The translations under genes and the position numbers were made by a program. DNA of 64,000 bases from Oligoflexia bacterium (GTDB taxonomy: Bacteria > Bdellovibrionota > UBA1018), in NCBI GenBank assembly GCA_963758495.1, contig CAVWVI010000003.1, forward strand, positions 288,001-352,000, given 5' to 3'. Below, piece by piece: positions 47,542-56,769 of this stretch (position 1 is its first letter; each line of letters begins with the position of its first letter). The notes beneath the pieces are model-generated. The model did no database searches. It had not been told where the DNA came from and saw only the letters and a program-made list of their open reading frames with translations.

Positions 47542-48654
47542 CTAAAGCTCTACGCGAAAATTCCACGCTCCATACCAAGAGGCTCCGAGGTCTACGCTGC
47601 CGTTATCCTTATTTCCAAACCGAGTTCCCTCGTAGACTGAGCGATCAAAGGAATAGCCCACTGAAAGCTCACTCTTGAGTTCCTTTGTTACAGGAAACCT
47701 CACTCCGATCGGAGCATGCATCTCATTGTAGTACATGCGATCCCCGGGATCAGGACGATTCTCACGGATGTAGGATTGTTGAGCCCACCTGTATCCAGTG
47801 AAGACTTGGATTTTCTGTGGATTCCCATACGCGATTTCAGCGTTGAGGGTGGGTCCAAAAATCCCTAGAGTAAACATCCAAGGCTGTCTGGGCATCCAAA
47901 TGATGGAGGTGAAAGGAAATCCAAACATCCCGATGAGGGTTTCTGTTTGATAAAGATAAATAAAGCCCGGAATCGGAACATAATTGCTAATTGGATTATT
48001 ATTTGAAAAGAACACCGTCAGCATCCAACGACTTCGCTCTGAGCTGCTCCAACTGTAAAAGGCACTCGCTCCAATTGTTGCCACGCCAAAATCTGCAAAA
48101 GGATGATCGCTTGCGGAACCTACACTGATTCTTCCGCCAATGAGCTTATCGTCTTCAAGTTTTCGGGAGTAAGAGCCTCCCAACTCTACTTTCCAAAGGT
48201 CCTGTGGCACCTCGATACCCGTACCCGAAAGGTTTTGTTCTTCTCCAAAATGAAGAGAGGTGCCGCCCAATGAGAGCGACACGCTATTTTTATCATCGAC
48301 ATAAACTGGCGTTTGAATCGTAAGGTGGTGCTGGTCCACATCACCTGGCACTTGCTCAGGCGTAATCCAACCTCCGTAAACAAGGGTTGGCCTTGATACA
48401 GGGAGAAGACCTAACCCACCGAACACGGCAAAACCCGGTACGGCCTTAGGAGGAAGTTTCGGTAAACTTTCTTTTGCTTCGATTTTTACTTGATCCCGAC
48501 AGTTCGGGGAAAGATCCGCTTCATGTTTTTGAAGACACCACAGAAGTAGTGGCCGAACATCGCTCCCCTGCGCGAACGCCGGATAAAGTAAAAAAAATAA
48601 TCCGAATGATCCAAATCCAAGAACCAATTGAGCTCGACTTGCTTTTATTTTCAA
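47542..48654 (-). CDS. Putative outer-membrane beta-barrel protein
   Basis: Signal peptide; amphipathic aromatic beta strands. Confidence 0.55.
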   Translation of the reverse strand: MKIKASRAQLVLGFGSFGLFFLLYPAFAQGSDVRPLLLWCLQKHEADLSPNCRDQVKIEAKESLPKLPPKAVPGFAVFGGLGLLPVSRPTLVYGGWITPEQVPGDVDQHHLTIQTPVYVDDKNSVSLSLGGTSLHFGEEQNLSGTGIEVPQDLWKVELGGSYSRKLEDDKLIGGRISVGSASDHPFADFGVATIGASAFYSWSSSERSRWMLTVFFSNNNPISNYVPIPGFIYLYQTETLIGMFGFPFTSIIWMPRQPWMFTLGIFGPTLNAEIAYGNPQKIQVFTGYRWAQQSYIRENRPDPGDRMYYNEMHAPIGVRFPVTKELKSELSVGYSFDRSVYEGTRFGNKDNGSVDLGASWYGAWNFRVEL

Positions 48655-49877
48655 GCCTCACTCTCCTCTGGAATCCTGGTGAATGCGATCCTCAACGGCG
48701 CACAATCCCCACTTTCATGAACGGCTCCTAAGTGAACTGCGTCTTTCCCAAACCTCAGATTCACTTGATCCAGAGCCTGAGTCAGTTTCTCCCGCCTTGG
48801 GTCTTCAAATAAAGACGGGGAATGCAAGGTCTCGGGCACCAGTCCAGTCAGCACAACACCCACGGCATAAATCGAACCTGCGGGTAGCCCCTTCCATAGC
48901 GTTCGGATGGCTTGGATCAATGCGATGGTGTCTTGGGTTTCCATCAGACCACAATGAGCCTTCCACGAGTCCTGCCCCTGGAACCGCACAAAGATTTGAA
49001 TTTTTGAAGCGTACAATCCCTCCTTGCGTAATCTCAATGCAGCCTTAGTGGTGAGCTTCTTCAAAACCTGCAAAGCACCTGGCTCATGACGAAGTTCAGG
49101 TGGGAGTACATGGGAATGGCCAATGCTCTTTTGCTCAGAAACGATTTCTATTCGATCCTCTCCACGAAGAAGATGCCACATCTGCTCTCCAACAATACTG
49201 CCCCAGGCATTTTTCATTTCAACAGCGGTAAGTGAGCAAAGGCGCTCCATATTGTAGATCTGCTTCGCATTCAATCTGGCTTCCATTTGAGCACCCACGC
49301 CCGTTAAATCTCGGAGCAACAGACCGTGTAAAATATGGGGCAGATCGTGCAACTGGATGACCGTAAATCCGTCAGGCTTGTGCATATCTGCGGCGATTTT
49401 GGCAAGATAACGATTGGGGCCGATACCAATGGAGCATTTTAACGAAGAGCCTACTTGATCCCGAATTGCTTTCTTAATTTTTACGGACAGTGCTTCTGCG
49501 ACCTTCACTTCCTGTTGTGTGCCGGTAAGACGACAAGCCATTTCATCAATTGAGCAAACGGCTTCAATGGGTATACAGGACTCTACCGTCTCCACAATTC
49601 GGTTATGGTATTTGATGTAGTTGCCGTGATCTCCCTCGATAAAGATCATCTTCGGACAAAGTCGTTTAGCTTCGCCGACCATCGTGCCAGTTTTGATACC
49701 GAACTTCTTGCCCTCGTAGCTTACGGCAATGCAGCAGGTCGTATCGGCAAGCAAGGGCACGACGGCGATGGGTTTCCCACGCAAAAAGGGGTTCATCTCC
49801 TGCTCAACAGAAGCAAAAAATGAGTTCATATCCAGGTAAAGCCACCGGACGAGTTGGGAAGGGTCTTTGGATTCCAT
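48651..49877 (-). CDS. dinB: Y-family DNA polymerase (DinB/Pol IV-like)
   Basis: LDMNSFFASVE, SYE....GIKTG, SIDE, AKIAADMHKPDG; probable start 49877. Confidence 0.9.
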   Translation of the reverse strand: MESKDPSQLVRWLYLDMNSFFASVEQEMNPFLRGKPIAVVPLLADTTCCIAVSYEGKKFGIKTGTMVGEAKRLCPKMIFIEGDHGNYIKYHNRIVETVESCIPIEAVCSIDEMACRLTGTQQEVKVAEALSVKIKKAIRDQVGSSLKCSIGIGPNRYLAKIAADMHKPDGFTVIQLHDLPHILHGLLLRDLTGVGAQMEARLNAKQIYNMERLCSLTAVEMKNAWGSIVGEQMWHLLRGEDRIEIVSEQKSIGHSHVLPPELRHEPGALQVLKKLTTKAALRLRKEGLYASKIQIFVRFQGQDSWKAHCGLMETQDTIALIQAIRTLWKGLPAGSIYAVGVVLTGLVPETLHSPSLFEDPRREKLTQALDQVNLRFGKDAVHLGAVHESGDCAPLRIAFTRIPEESEA

Positions 49878-49894
49878 GTGGACATCCCACTTTT

Positions 49895-51241
49895 TTATTG
49901 CGTGGGCAATCCCCTCTCGGACCATTTCACGGTGCCTCCATTCATGCTTCGCACATTTCTGTAGCCGAGAGATTTCAATAGAAGCATTCCAGAGAGTGAC
50001 ATGTTCCCACGATTGCATACCGTAACAATAGGAGTATTACGATCTTCAGGAAGTTCTCGAGCCCGTGCAACGATTCTTTCCAGGGGTACATTGATGGCTC
50101 CCAAAACGTGGGCCTCTTGATAAATCTCCGGATCACGCACATCGACGATCAGAGGTCTTTTTTCGTTCTGCAAAAGTTTGCTCACTTCCTCAATTTCGAC
50201 AGTATCAAAAGGGTTACGGGAATTATCAATCAGTGTTTTCAGCATAGAATCCGTTGGCACGGAAGCCACGGGTTCCTTTTTAAGATGGGCGAAGAGTTCG
50301 GGGAAGTGACGCACAAATGATGAGGCATATTTGAAGATGTTATCGGGAAAAATCACGACAACAATGGCGTCTGGTTGATCCTGGATTACTTTTAACGCAC
50401 CTGCCAGGGCCATTCCTGAACTAGGACCAGCAATGATACTTTCTTCGCGGTTGAGGCGAAGGCACATTGCGTAGGCTTCGTCATTTTGAACCTCAACCAA
50501 TTGGTTATATTCCTTCGGATTGAAAAATCGAGTCTGCTTCAACTGCTTGATTGAGCGAACTCCCGGAATATCGTGACCTTCGTTTGGATGAACGCCGATG
50601 ATCTGCACCTTTGAGTTTTTCTCTTTTAGAAAGCGCCCCGTTCCAGTAATCGTCCCGCACGTACCGAGCGCTGCAATGAGGTGGGTTACTTCCCCTTTTG
50701 TCTGTCTCCAAATTTCTGGACCCGTCGTCCGGTAATGTGCATTGGGATTCGCTTCGTTCTCATATTGATTCAGCATCTCAAATTCCGGATTTTTTTTTGC
50801 GGTATCCATCGCTAATGCGATTGCCCCCTCGGGAGCTCCCGGTGCTGGACAAAGGGTATCATCAAGCTCTATAACGTCGCATCCAATAAAACGGAGAAGC
50901 GCTCGCTTTTCCAGCGGGATGGCTGAGGAAAGAGGAGAACGCAATGGATAACCCTTTGCATTACCGACCATAGTTAGGCCGAGTCCTGTATTGCCTGAGG
51001 TAGGCTCAACCAATTTCTTCCCCGGCCCAATTCGACCGGACTCTTCAGCAGCTTTGATTAAATTTGCCGCAATTCTGTCCTTCACCGCACCAAAAGGGTT
51101 ATACCATTCAAGCTTAGCAAATAATTTCGCCTCCTTAAAGGAAACGACTCGATTCAAGCGAACCAAGGGCGTGGGGTTTTCCTCACTGGAAAGCATCTCT
51201 AAGACTGAATCAAATACTCGAACAGAAAGATCACTCTTCAT
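49895..51241 (-). CDS. Cysteine synthase (CysK/M-type PLP enzyme) fused to a rhodanese domain
   Basis: KLEWYNPFGAVKDR, EPTSGNTG, GTCGT, GPSSG; DVR....HVLGA, CNRGNMS; RBS ggaggt before 51241. Confidence 0.92.
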   Translation of the reverse strand: MKSDLSVRVFDSVLEMLSSEENPTPLVRLNRVVSFKEAKLFAKLEWYNPFGAVKDRIAANLIKAAEESGRIGPGKKLVEPTSGNTGLGLTMVGNAKGYPLRSPLSSAIPLEKRALLRFIGCDVIELDDTLCPAPGAPEGAIALAMDTAKKNPEFEMLNQYENEANPNAHYRTTGPEIWRQTKGEVTHLIAALGTCGTITGTGRFLKEKNSKVQIIGVHPNEGHDIPGVRSIKQLKQTRFFNPKEYNQLVEVQNDEAYAMCLRLNREESIIAGPSSGMALAGALKVIQDQPDAIVVVIFPDNIFKYASSFVRHFPELFAHLKKEPVASVPTDSMLKTLIDNSRNPFDTVEIEEVSKLLQNEKRPLIVDVRDPEIYQEAHVLGAINVPLERIVARARELPEDRNTPIVTVCNRGNMSLSGMLLLKSLGYRNVRSMNGGTVKWSERGLPTQ

Positions 51242-51342
51242 TTTATTTTGACCTCCATTGATCAAGCTCCAGTCACTCCACGCATAACCCGGTATGCCAC
51301 CATACCCGGCTTTAAAGGCTTTCCGCAATAAAGATTAGCAAA

Positions 51343-51690
51343 TCACGGCGAAGAGTGGTGTCGGGTGTTGTCTTCCTCTTGGCCTGAGTTGTTTGCCCTT
51401 AGCTCAAGAGGAAGCTCGACAATGAAATTCGATCCTTTCCCAACTTCGCTCTCTACCCAAATTTTTCCACCATGAGCTTCAGCAAGCTCCCTTGCGATGT
51501 ATAACCCCAGTCCCAACCCTCCATAAAAACGTGAATCAACCGCTCGCTCAAATCGTTCAAAAATTCTTGTTTGATCCTGTCTTGAAATTCCTGGACCATA
51601 GTCACGGACAGAAAGAATCGAATTCTCGAACATCAGCGCGCCGAAAGGCTCGTCACGTAAAATCAAAGGAAGAGCAATGAGAGATTTCAC
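51343..51690 (-). pseudogene. Deleted histidine kinase remnant (GAF end joined to partial HATPase)
   Basis: D.GPGI..FERF..GGLGLGL..HGG present; H-box and N-box absent. Confidence 0.7.
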
Positions 51691-51735
51691 TCCTAGGGCA
51701 CGAAAAACCTCAAGATACTTCGGGTCTTTCTATAC

Positions 51736-53265
51736 CTATTGCTCTCTTAAATTAATTGGACAGACACAAAGAGCATCCGCCCTGGCATCGGTTATCTCTT
51801 GGCCCAGGTCTCTCTTTGCTCGTCGAGCATCCACAAGATCTTGATAATCCATTTGGATTTGAGGAGCATAAAGAGGGGTCATATTGAATGGATTGAGTCC
51901 CTGAGCTAATAGCCCTCCGGAAGTCGGCAAGAAACAACTGAGTAAAGGAGCTAATCTTCGGGTTTTATTCCGCGATGGTTGCTCAACAATAGACTTCATT
52001 AAAACATGAAAAGCTTCACCCATCTTCTCCGCTTTCATGAGTTCTACGATGTGTTTTTCCGCTCCTTCCCCGCTTTCTCCTTCTGGAGCTTCTACAGCAG
52101 ACTTCAAGCCTTTGAGAAGCCACAGGTTAACAGTTTCACAAAAGCGCTCCCATCGAAAATCCACGTCTCGTTCGGCACCCATTTCAACGTTTGCATGCAC
52201 AAAAAAGATGTAAAAACGCCAAAAATCCGCAGGTAGAGTCGCTAATGCTTCCTCAAGCCAGATGCCCGTGCCCGTTGACTTTGAGCAAATTCCGCCTTCA
52301 TAGATAAAAACCTCGTTGGGTAACAGTTTCCAATTTTCAACTGAATACCCTCTGTTACTCGCCAAAAGAAGGGCGGGAAAAAGAGCCCCATAAAATGGAG
52401 TGCCATCCATTCCTAGAAAAAAATGATGTCGAGTATCAGGACTCTTCCAGTAACGATCTTCCATGTTAGAACCTTGTTTCGCCAACATCGAAACTTTCGC
52501 CAAAAGAGAATCGACCCAGGAGTACACCGTTTTACCCGGTAGGCTAGCCAAAGGAATTCCCCATTGAGTATCTCGAGTGATGCAAACATTGGGATTTTCA
52601 ACAAGGGTACGCCGAACTCTCTCTGATACCTCAGCTTGGTCCTTAGCTGGAGCTTGAGCGTGATTCACAATCTTGTCTTTGAAAAGATCCATTCTAAAGA
52701 AAAGATGAGGCTCTTCTCGCCACTCGACGCTCCCTGCACATACGGCACATCGACCCTCTATTACTTTGTCAGATTCAACTAAACGAGCACAGTCTTTCTT
52801 ATTGTTACACTGATTACCGTAGGTTCTCCCTCTACAGTAAGGGCAAGTCCCTTCCAAAAACCGATCAGGCAAGTGATGCTGACAGCGAGTGCACCAAGCT
52901 ATTTTCTGAGTCCCAGAAGTAACCACTTCGCGATCGACAAGGTCTTGGATGAGTTCTTGAACAAATTGAGCATGAAAAGGATCTTGAGTTCTTCCAAAGT
53001 GATCAAATGAAAGCTCTAACTTATTTAAGAGTGGAAGTGTTGCTTCATACTTCGAATCAAGCAATTGTTTGGGAGTTATACCATACCCGTGAGCAACATA
53101 CTCACTTCTTGCTCCATGCTCATCGGCACCACAAAGAAAAAAGACTTCTTCTCCACTCATGCGATGAAACCGTGCACAAACATCCGCGAAAAGCATCGGG
53201 ACACAATTGTGGAGTCCAGGAATATCGTACAAATAAGGCCAGCCTGCACTCACAAAGTGAATCAT
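51736..53265 (-). CDS. Methionyl-tRNA synthetase paralogue with altered HIGH/KMSKS motifs and shortened C-terminus
   Basis: ADV.ARF.R, G.DEHG, F.RT, Zn knuckles, ITRD..WGIP, VYSW.D; HIGH position reads GLHN, KMSKS reads ICSKS. Confidence 0.82.
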   Translation of the reverse strand: MIHFVSAGWPYLYDIPGLHNCVPMLFADVCARFHRMSGEEVFFLCGADEHGARSEYVAHGYGITPKQLLDSKYEATLPLLNKLELSFDHFGRTQDPFHAQFVQELIQDLVDREVVTSGTQKIAWCTRCQHHLPDRFLEGTCPYCRGRTYGNQCNNKKDCARLVESDKVIEGRCAVCAGSVEWREEPHLFFRMDLFKDKIVNHAQAPAKDQAEVSERVRRTLVENPNVCITRDTQWGIPLASLPGKTVYSWVDSLLAKVSMLAKQGSNMEDRYWKSPDTRHHFFLGMDGTPFYGALFPALLLASNRGYSVENWKLLPNEVFIYEGGICSKSTGTGIWLEEALATLPADFWRFYIFFVHANVEMGAERDVDFRWERFCETVNLWLLKGLKSAVEAPEGESGEGAEKHIVELMKAEKMGEAFHVLMKSIVEQPSRNKTRRLAPLLSCFLPTSGGLLAQGLNPFNMTPLYAPQIQMDYQDLVDARRAKRDLGQEITDARADALCVCPINLREQ

Positions 53266-54446
53266 TGTTCATCTCTCCTATAATTTCCAGGTCTGCTATA
53301 AACAGCTTTTGCGATTTCTTTTACTGCATTTACGGCCATTTCAACATCTTGATGAGTACTCGACCAGCCCAAGCTGAATCGAACTGTTCCTTGATCTTGA
53401 GTGCCCAAGTTCTGATGAATGAGCGGCGAACAGTGGATACCAGTACGCACCATAATTCCAAATTTTTTGCCCAGCATCTGTCCCACCTCAGCGGTATCCA
53501 GTGCCTTCAGACTCATGGATGTAATGGCTACTTTAGCTTCGGCTTCGGGCCCATGAATAGTAACTCCATCAATACCTTGAAGCTGCTCCATTAAGAGTCG
53601 GTTGAGTTTTACCTCATGCTCACGAAATACTTCGACCCCTGTTGTTAAAATATGCTCCACTCCAGCCAATAGTCCTGCAAGTCCAACCATATTGGGAGTG
53701 CCAGACTCATATCGCTCGGGTCGGGTGAGGGGTTGCTCTAAGCTTTCTGAATGCGAACCGTTTCCTCCTTCACGGAGGGGTTCCAAATCAAGTCCTGAAC
53801 GAAGGAATAATCCTCCCGTTCCAGGAAGACCCAAAAGACTTTTGTGCCCAGTAAAAGCAAACATGTCAATTCCCAGCTCCTCCACATTCACTGGAAATGC
53901 TCCTGCAGTTTGCGCCCCATCTACAAGAAGAGGAATTCCCAATTCTCGAGTTTTACGGGAAATCTCCTGAATGGGTTGGAGAGTGCCCAAAACATTGGAT
54001 GCATGAACACACGCAATCAATCGGGTTCGAGGATTCACTGCCTTGACTAAGTCGTCAGGAGAAACCTCACCTCGGGAATTACTTTTTACAATGGTAACAT
54101 CAATCTCACGGGTTCTGCGTAAACTCCAAAGTGGGCGTAGCAAAGCATTATGTTCGAGATCCGTCACAACAACGTGATCCCCCTTGCGGAGGTAACCTTT
54201 CAACGCCAAATTCAAGGCGTCTGTAGAATTCGCAGTAAAGATTAAATTTGACGGATCCTTAATCCCAAGAAGCTGCGACAATTTAGAACGCAACCTGACA
54301 AGAATACGTTCCGACTCTTGTGCCTTAACGTAACTGCCCCGAGCTGGACTCGCTCCCCCATGGCGCATGAATTTCTCTACAGCTTGATAAACACTCTCAG
54401 GCTTGGGAAAACTCGTAGCTGCATTATCTAGATAGACCTCACTCAT
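53262..54446 (-). CDS. Group II cysteine desulfurase / selenocysteine lyase-like class V aminotransferase
   Basis: YLDNAATSFPKP, EHNA, DGAQ, TGHK, RTGIHC; ATGA overlap with the MetRS paralogue. Confidence 0.92.
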   Translation of the reverse strand: MSEVYLDNAATSFPKPESVYQAVEKFMRHGGASPARGSYVKAQESERILVRLRSKLSQLLGIKDPSNLIFTANSTDALNLALKGYLRKGDHVVVTDLEHNALLRPLWSLRRTREIDVTIVKSNSRGEVSPDDLVKAVNPRTRLIACVHASNVLGTLQPIQEISRKTRELGIPLLVDGAQTAGAFPVNVEELGIDMFAFTGHKSLLGLPGTGGLFLRSGLDLEPLREGGNGSHSESLEQPLTRPERYESGTPNMVGLAGLLAGVEHILTTGVEVFREHEVKLNRLLMEQLQGIDGVTIHGPEAEAKVAITSMSLKALDTAEVGQMLGKKFGIMVRTGIHCSPLIHQNLGTQDQGTVRFSLGWSSTHQDVEMAVNAVKEIAKAVYSRPGNYRRDEQ

Positions 54447-54571
54447 TTTTTCCCCTTTACTCGCAGAACTCTTATTAAAAAGAGTTACGCCGCACGTTAT
54501 AAATGGATTACTGCCTTGTGACAAGTCTTATATCAGAATTTTCAAATTTCAAAAATCAGTTGCTCGTCCTC

Positions 54572-54631
54572 TTCATGAACACCTTATTCATGAACACCTT
54601 ATTCATGAACACCTTATTCATGAACGCCTTA
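54572..54631. repeat. Tandem repeat, 4 x 15 bp
   Basis: ttcatgaacacctta x3 plus ttcatgaacgcctta. Confidence 0.92.
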
Positions 54632-54658
54632 GATGAACTCGTCTACAAAACTTATCCC

Positions 54659-56392
54659 CTAGTGTGATCTTTTTTTTGACGGAGAATCTCCGAGGATTTG
54701 ACTAAAATCATTCGAGAAAACTCCGTGAGGATCAAAGTTATGAACTACGTTCATAAAGCGCCTCAAATGATCTTCATAGTTTCCCAATTTAATTTCAAGC
54801 GGAAAGACCCAGTCTTGATTTTTTCCAAAGTGAGCACGTCCATGATACTTTTCAATCAGTAGTTTCGCCATCTTTTTATAGGATTTCAAATAATCAGTAG
54901 CTAAACTTCTTGGAAATCCGAGAGGACGAAAGTATGGAAATTCGATCATTACGGCTGGCTCATGAAGATGAAATTCACCTCCAGCACTGGTATGTGCCAT
55001 CAAGGTAGTATCTTCCGCTGGAGCAAATCGAATAAAGATTCCCGTCAAAGGAAATGAGGCTCCAGATTGCAAAAACAACTGCTGGAGATCCACCAAAGCA
55101 TCCTGAGCATACGAAAGTGGAACCGCAATTTCCCAATCGGAAACATACATACTTTGTTTGTCCTGATTATAGAGGCTCGACATCATTCGATGAGAAGGCC
55201 CAATTACATTTGTAGAAGGCGTAGAGTTATGAAAAAAGTTATTTTTTTCAAACGGAGGTAAGATCTTAAGACTTAAATATCTAAGATCTTCTAAAAGAAT
55301 ATTCAGATTCTGATGACATGCTCCATACTGAAGAACTAGAGGAAACGGTTTGACTATGAAACTGGGAATTGGCGGACTGAGCAACGTATTATTCGCATTT
55401 TTGTCAGGCAACTCATAGGTTTTATTACCGCACGTCTTTACATATTTCTTTGCGTGCGGAAACCAATGAATCTGACCATAGTCACAATTTCTAATTGCGG
55501 ACAAAACACCGTTACCTCGAATCATCTCTTTATCTTGCCCATAGGTGACATGAACGTGAAGATTGAATTGTGGAAAAATTCGTAGCCTAATTCGCACCAC
55601 TGCACCGAGCATTCCTAAATTTGCTCTGAGCGCTTTGAATGTATCTGGGTCTGTATTATTCGCCGAGAGTTCTGCGAGCGTGCCGTCTGCCTTGACCAGA
55701 GTGATAGACTCAACAAGCGATGAGAGGACTGCTGTATGATGAGGTGAGCTTCCATGAGCTCCCGTGGCAATAGCACCTGCGATAGATACGCCGCGATAAC
55801 CAATAATTGCATAACCTAACGACTGATTGCGCTGATGTAGCCATTCTGTTAGCTCGTCCAGTGTCGCACCAGGCTCTACCACTACAGTGTCTTTGCCATC
55901 ATATTTTTCTATTCCGATAATATGACGGAGTTTTTCCGTCGTAATGATGATCCCGTCTGAGCATATTTGATGATTCGTGGTATGAGCATTTCCAATCACT
56001 CGAATATGTGCACCTACGCTCACAGCCCGCTTCACTATGCTTTGGACTTCTTCTGCCGTTTCTGGATGATCCACCTCCTGCACCTTGTCGCAGAATGTCT
56101 CTGAGTTATATGATTTAACGGGCGCTTTCAAGCAATCCTCAGGGCATGTCACTTCATTTTCACCTGATTCTGGTTCGCATTTACCGTTACCACACGTCAG
56201 TATTAGGCCCGCACCTGGGCAAGACGCCGCAAGATCATTTTCTGACATTTCTTCGTTTATTTGGTCTAGTACTTTTTGGTAATTTTTTTTATCTTGAATT
56301 TGATTAGAATACGAATAACGAATCGATGAAATGAAAACGACTGAAACGATCAGAACAAGAGTATTTACATGATTAGTCATTAAAGAATCCAT
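54659..56392 (-). CDS. Secreted FAD-linked sugar-lactone oxidase (GULO/ALO family) with Cys-rich N-motif
   Basis: P.T.EEV, G.AH, GAIATGAHGS, LGMLG, RAHFGKN, DP.GVFSN; CGNGKCE...E...TCPEDC. Confidence 0.85.
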   Translation of the reverse strand: MDSLMTNHVNTLVLIVSVVFISSIRYSYSNQIQDKKNYQKVLDQINEEMSENDLAASCPGAGLILTCGNGKCEPESGENEVTCPEDCLKAPVKSYNSETFCDKVQEVDHPETAEEVQSIVKRAVSVGAHIRVIGNAHTTNHQICSDGIIITTEKLRHIIGIEKYDGKDTVVVEPGATLDELTEWLHQRNQSLGYAIIGYRGVSIAGAIATGAHGSSPHHTAVLSSLVESITLVKADGTLAELSANNTDPDTFKALRANLGMLGAVVRIRLRIFPQFNLHVHVTYGQDKEMIRGNGVLSAIRNCDYGQIHWFPHAKKYVKTCGNKTYELPDKNANNTLLSPPIPSFIVKPFPLVLQYGACHQNLNILLEDLRYLSLKILPPFEKNNFFHNSTPSTNVIGPSHRMMSSLYNQDKQSMYVSDWEIAVPLSYAQDALVDLQQLFLQSGASFPLTGIFIRFAPAEDTTLMAHTSAGGEFHLHEPAVMIEFPYFRPLGFPRSLATDYLKSYKKMAKLLIEKYHGRAHFGKNQDWVFPLEIKLGNYEDHLRRFMNVVHNFDPHGVFSNDFSQILGDSPSKKRSH

Positions 56393-56769
56393 CCTCTACT
56401 TTGATTATGTAAACCGGTCCGGACCCTACATGACTGGAAGTTTATTTCCAATATAATTTTCAGAAATATCCCAGGATTTGACAAAGCTATTTCACAATGC
56501 ACAATACAATGCGTAATTTTGACGCTATATTGCGTCTGACCATTAAAAGACTGAGGTACAGTCCTTCAGGTAGGCAATATTTTTCCAAAAGCGTTTCCCG
56601 CCGGAGGCAGTTCAGCCCAATGAACGTTAACCTCCGCAGTATTTTTAGATTAATCCAACGTATCCGCCCTTCAAAACCGATTTTTACTTCCTATACATGA
56701 ATCATTAGCTATGATTTAATAATTGAGTAGACAACTCTAAACCCTATGCTTCAGGAAAAAGGCGATCCC

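Noticed and set aside
49878..50018. N-terminal extension of DinB
   Set aside because: It overlaps the rhodanese domain of the upstream gene; the polymerase motif starts just after 49877.
53007..53970. Plus-strand ORFs of 195 and 122 aa, and similar short antisense ORFs elsewhere in the track
   Set aside because: They fully overlap well-supported genes on the opposite strand and have no motifs.
54572..54631. Possible CRISPR array
   Set aside because: Units are contiguous 15-mers with no spacers, and no cas genes are present.
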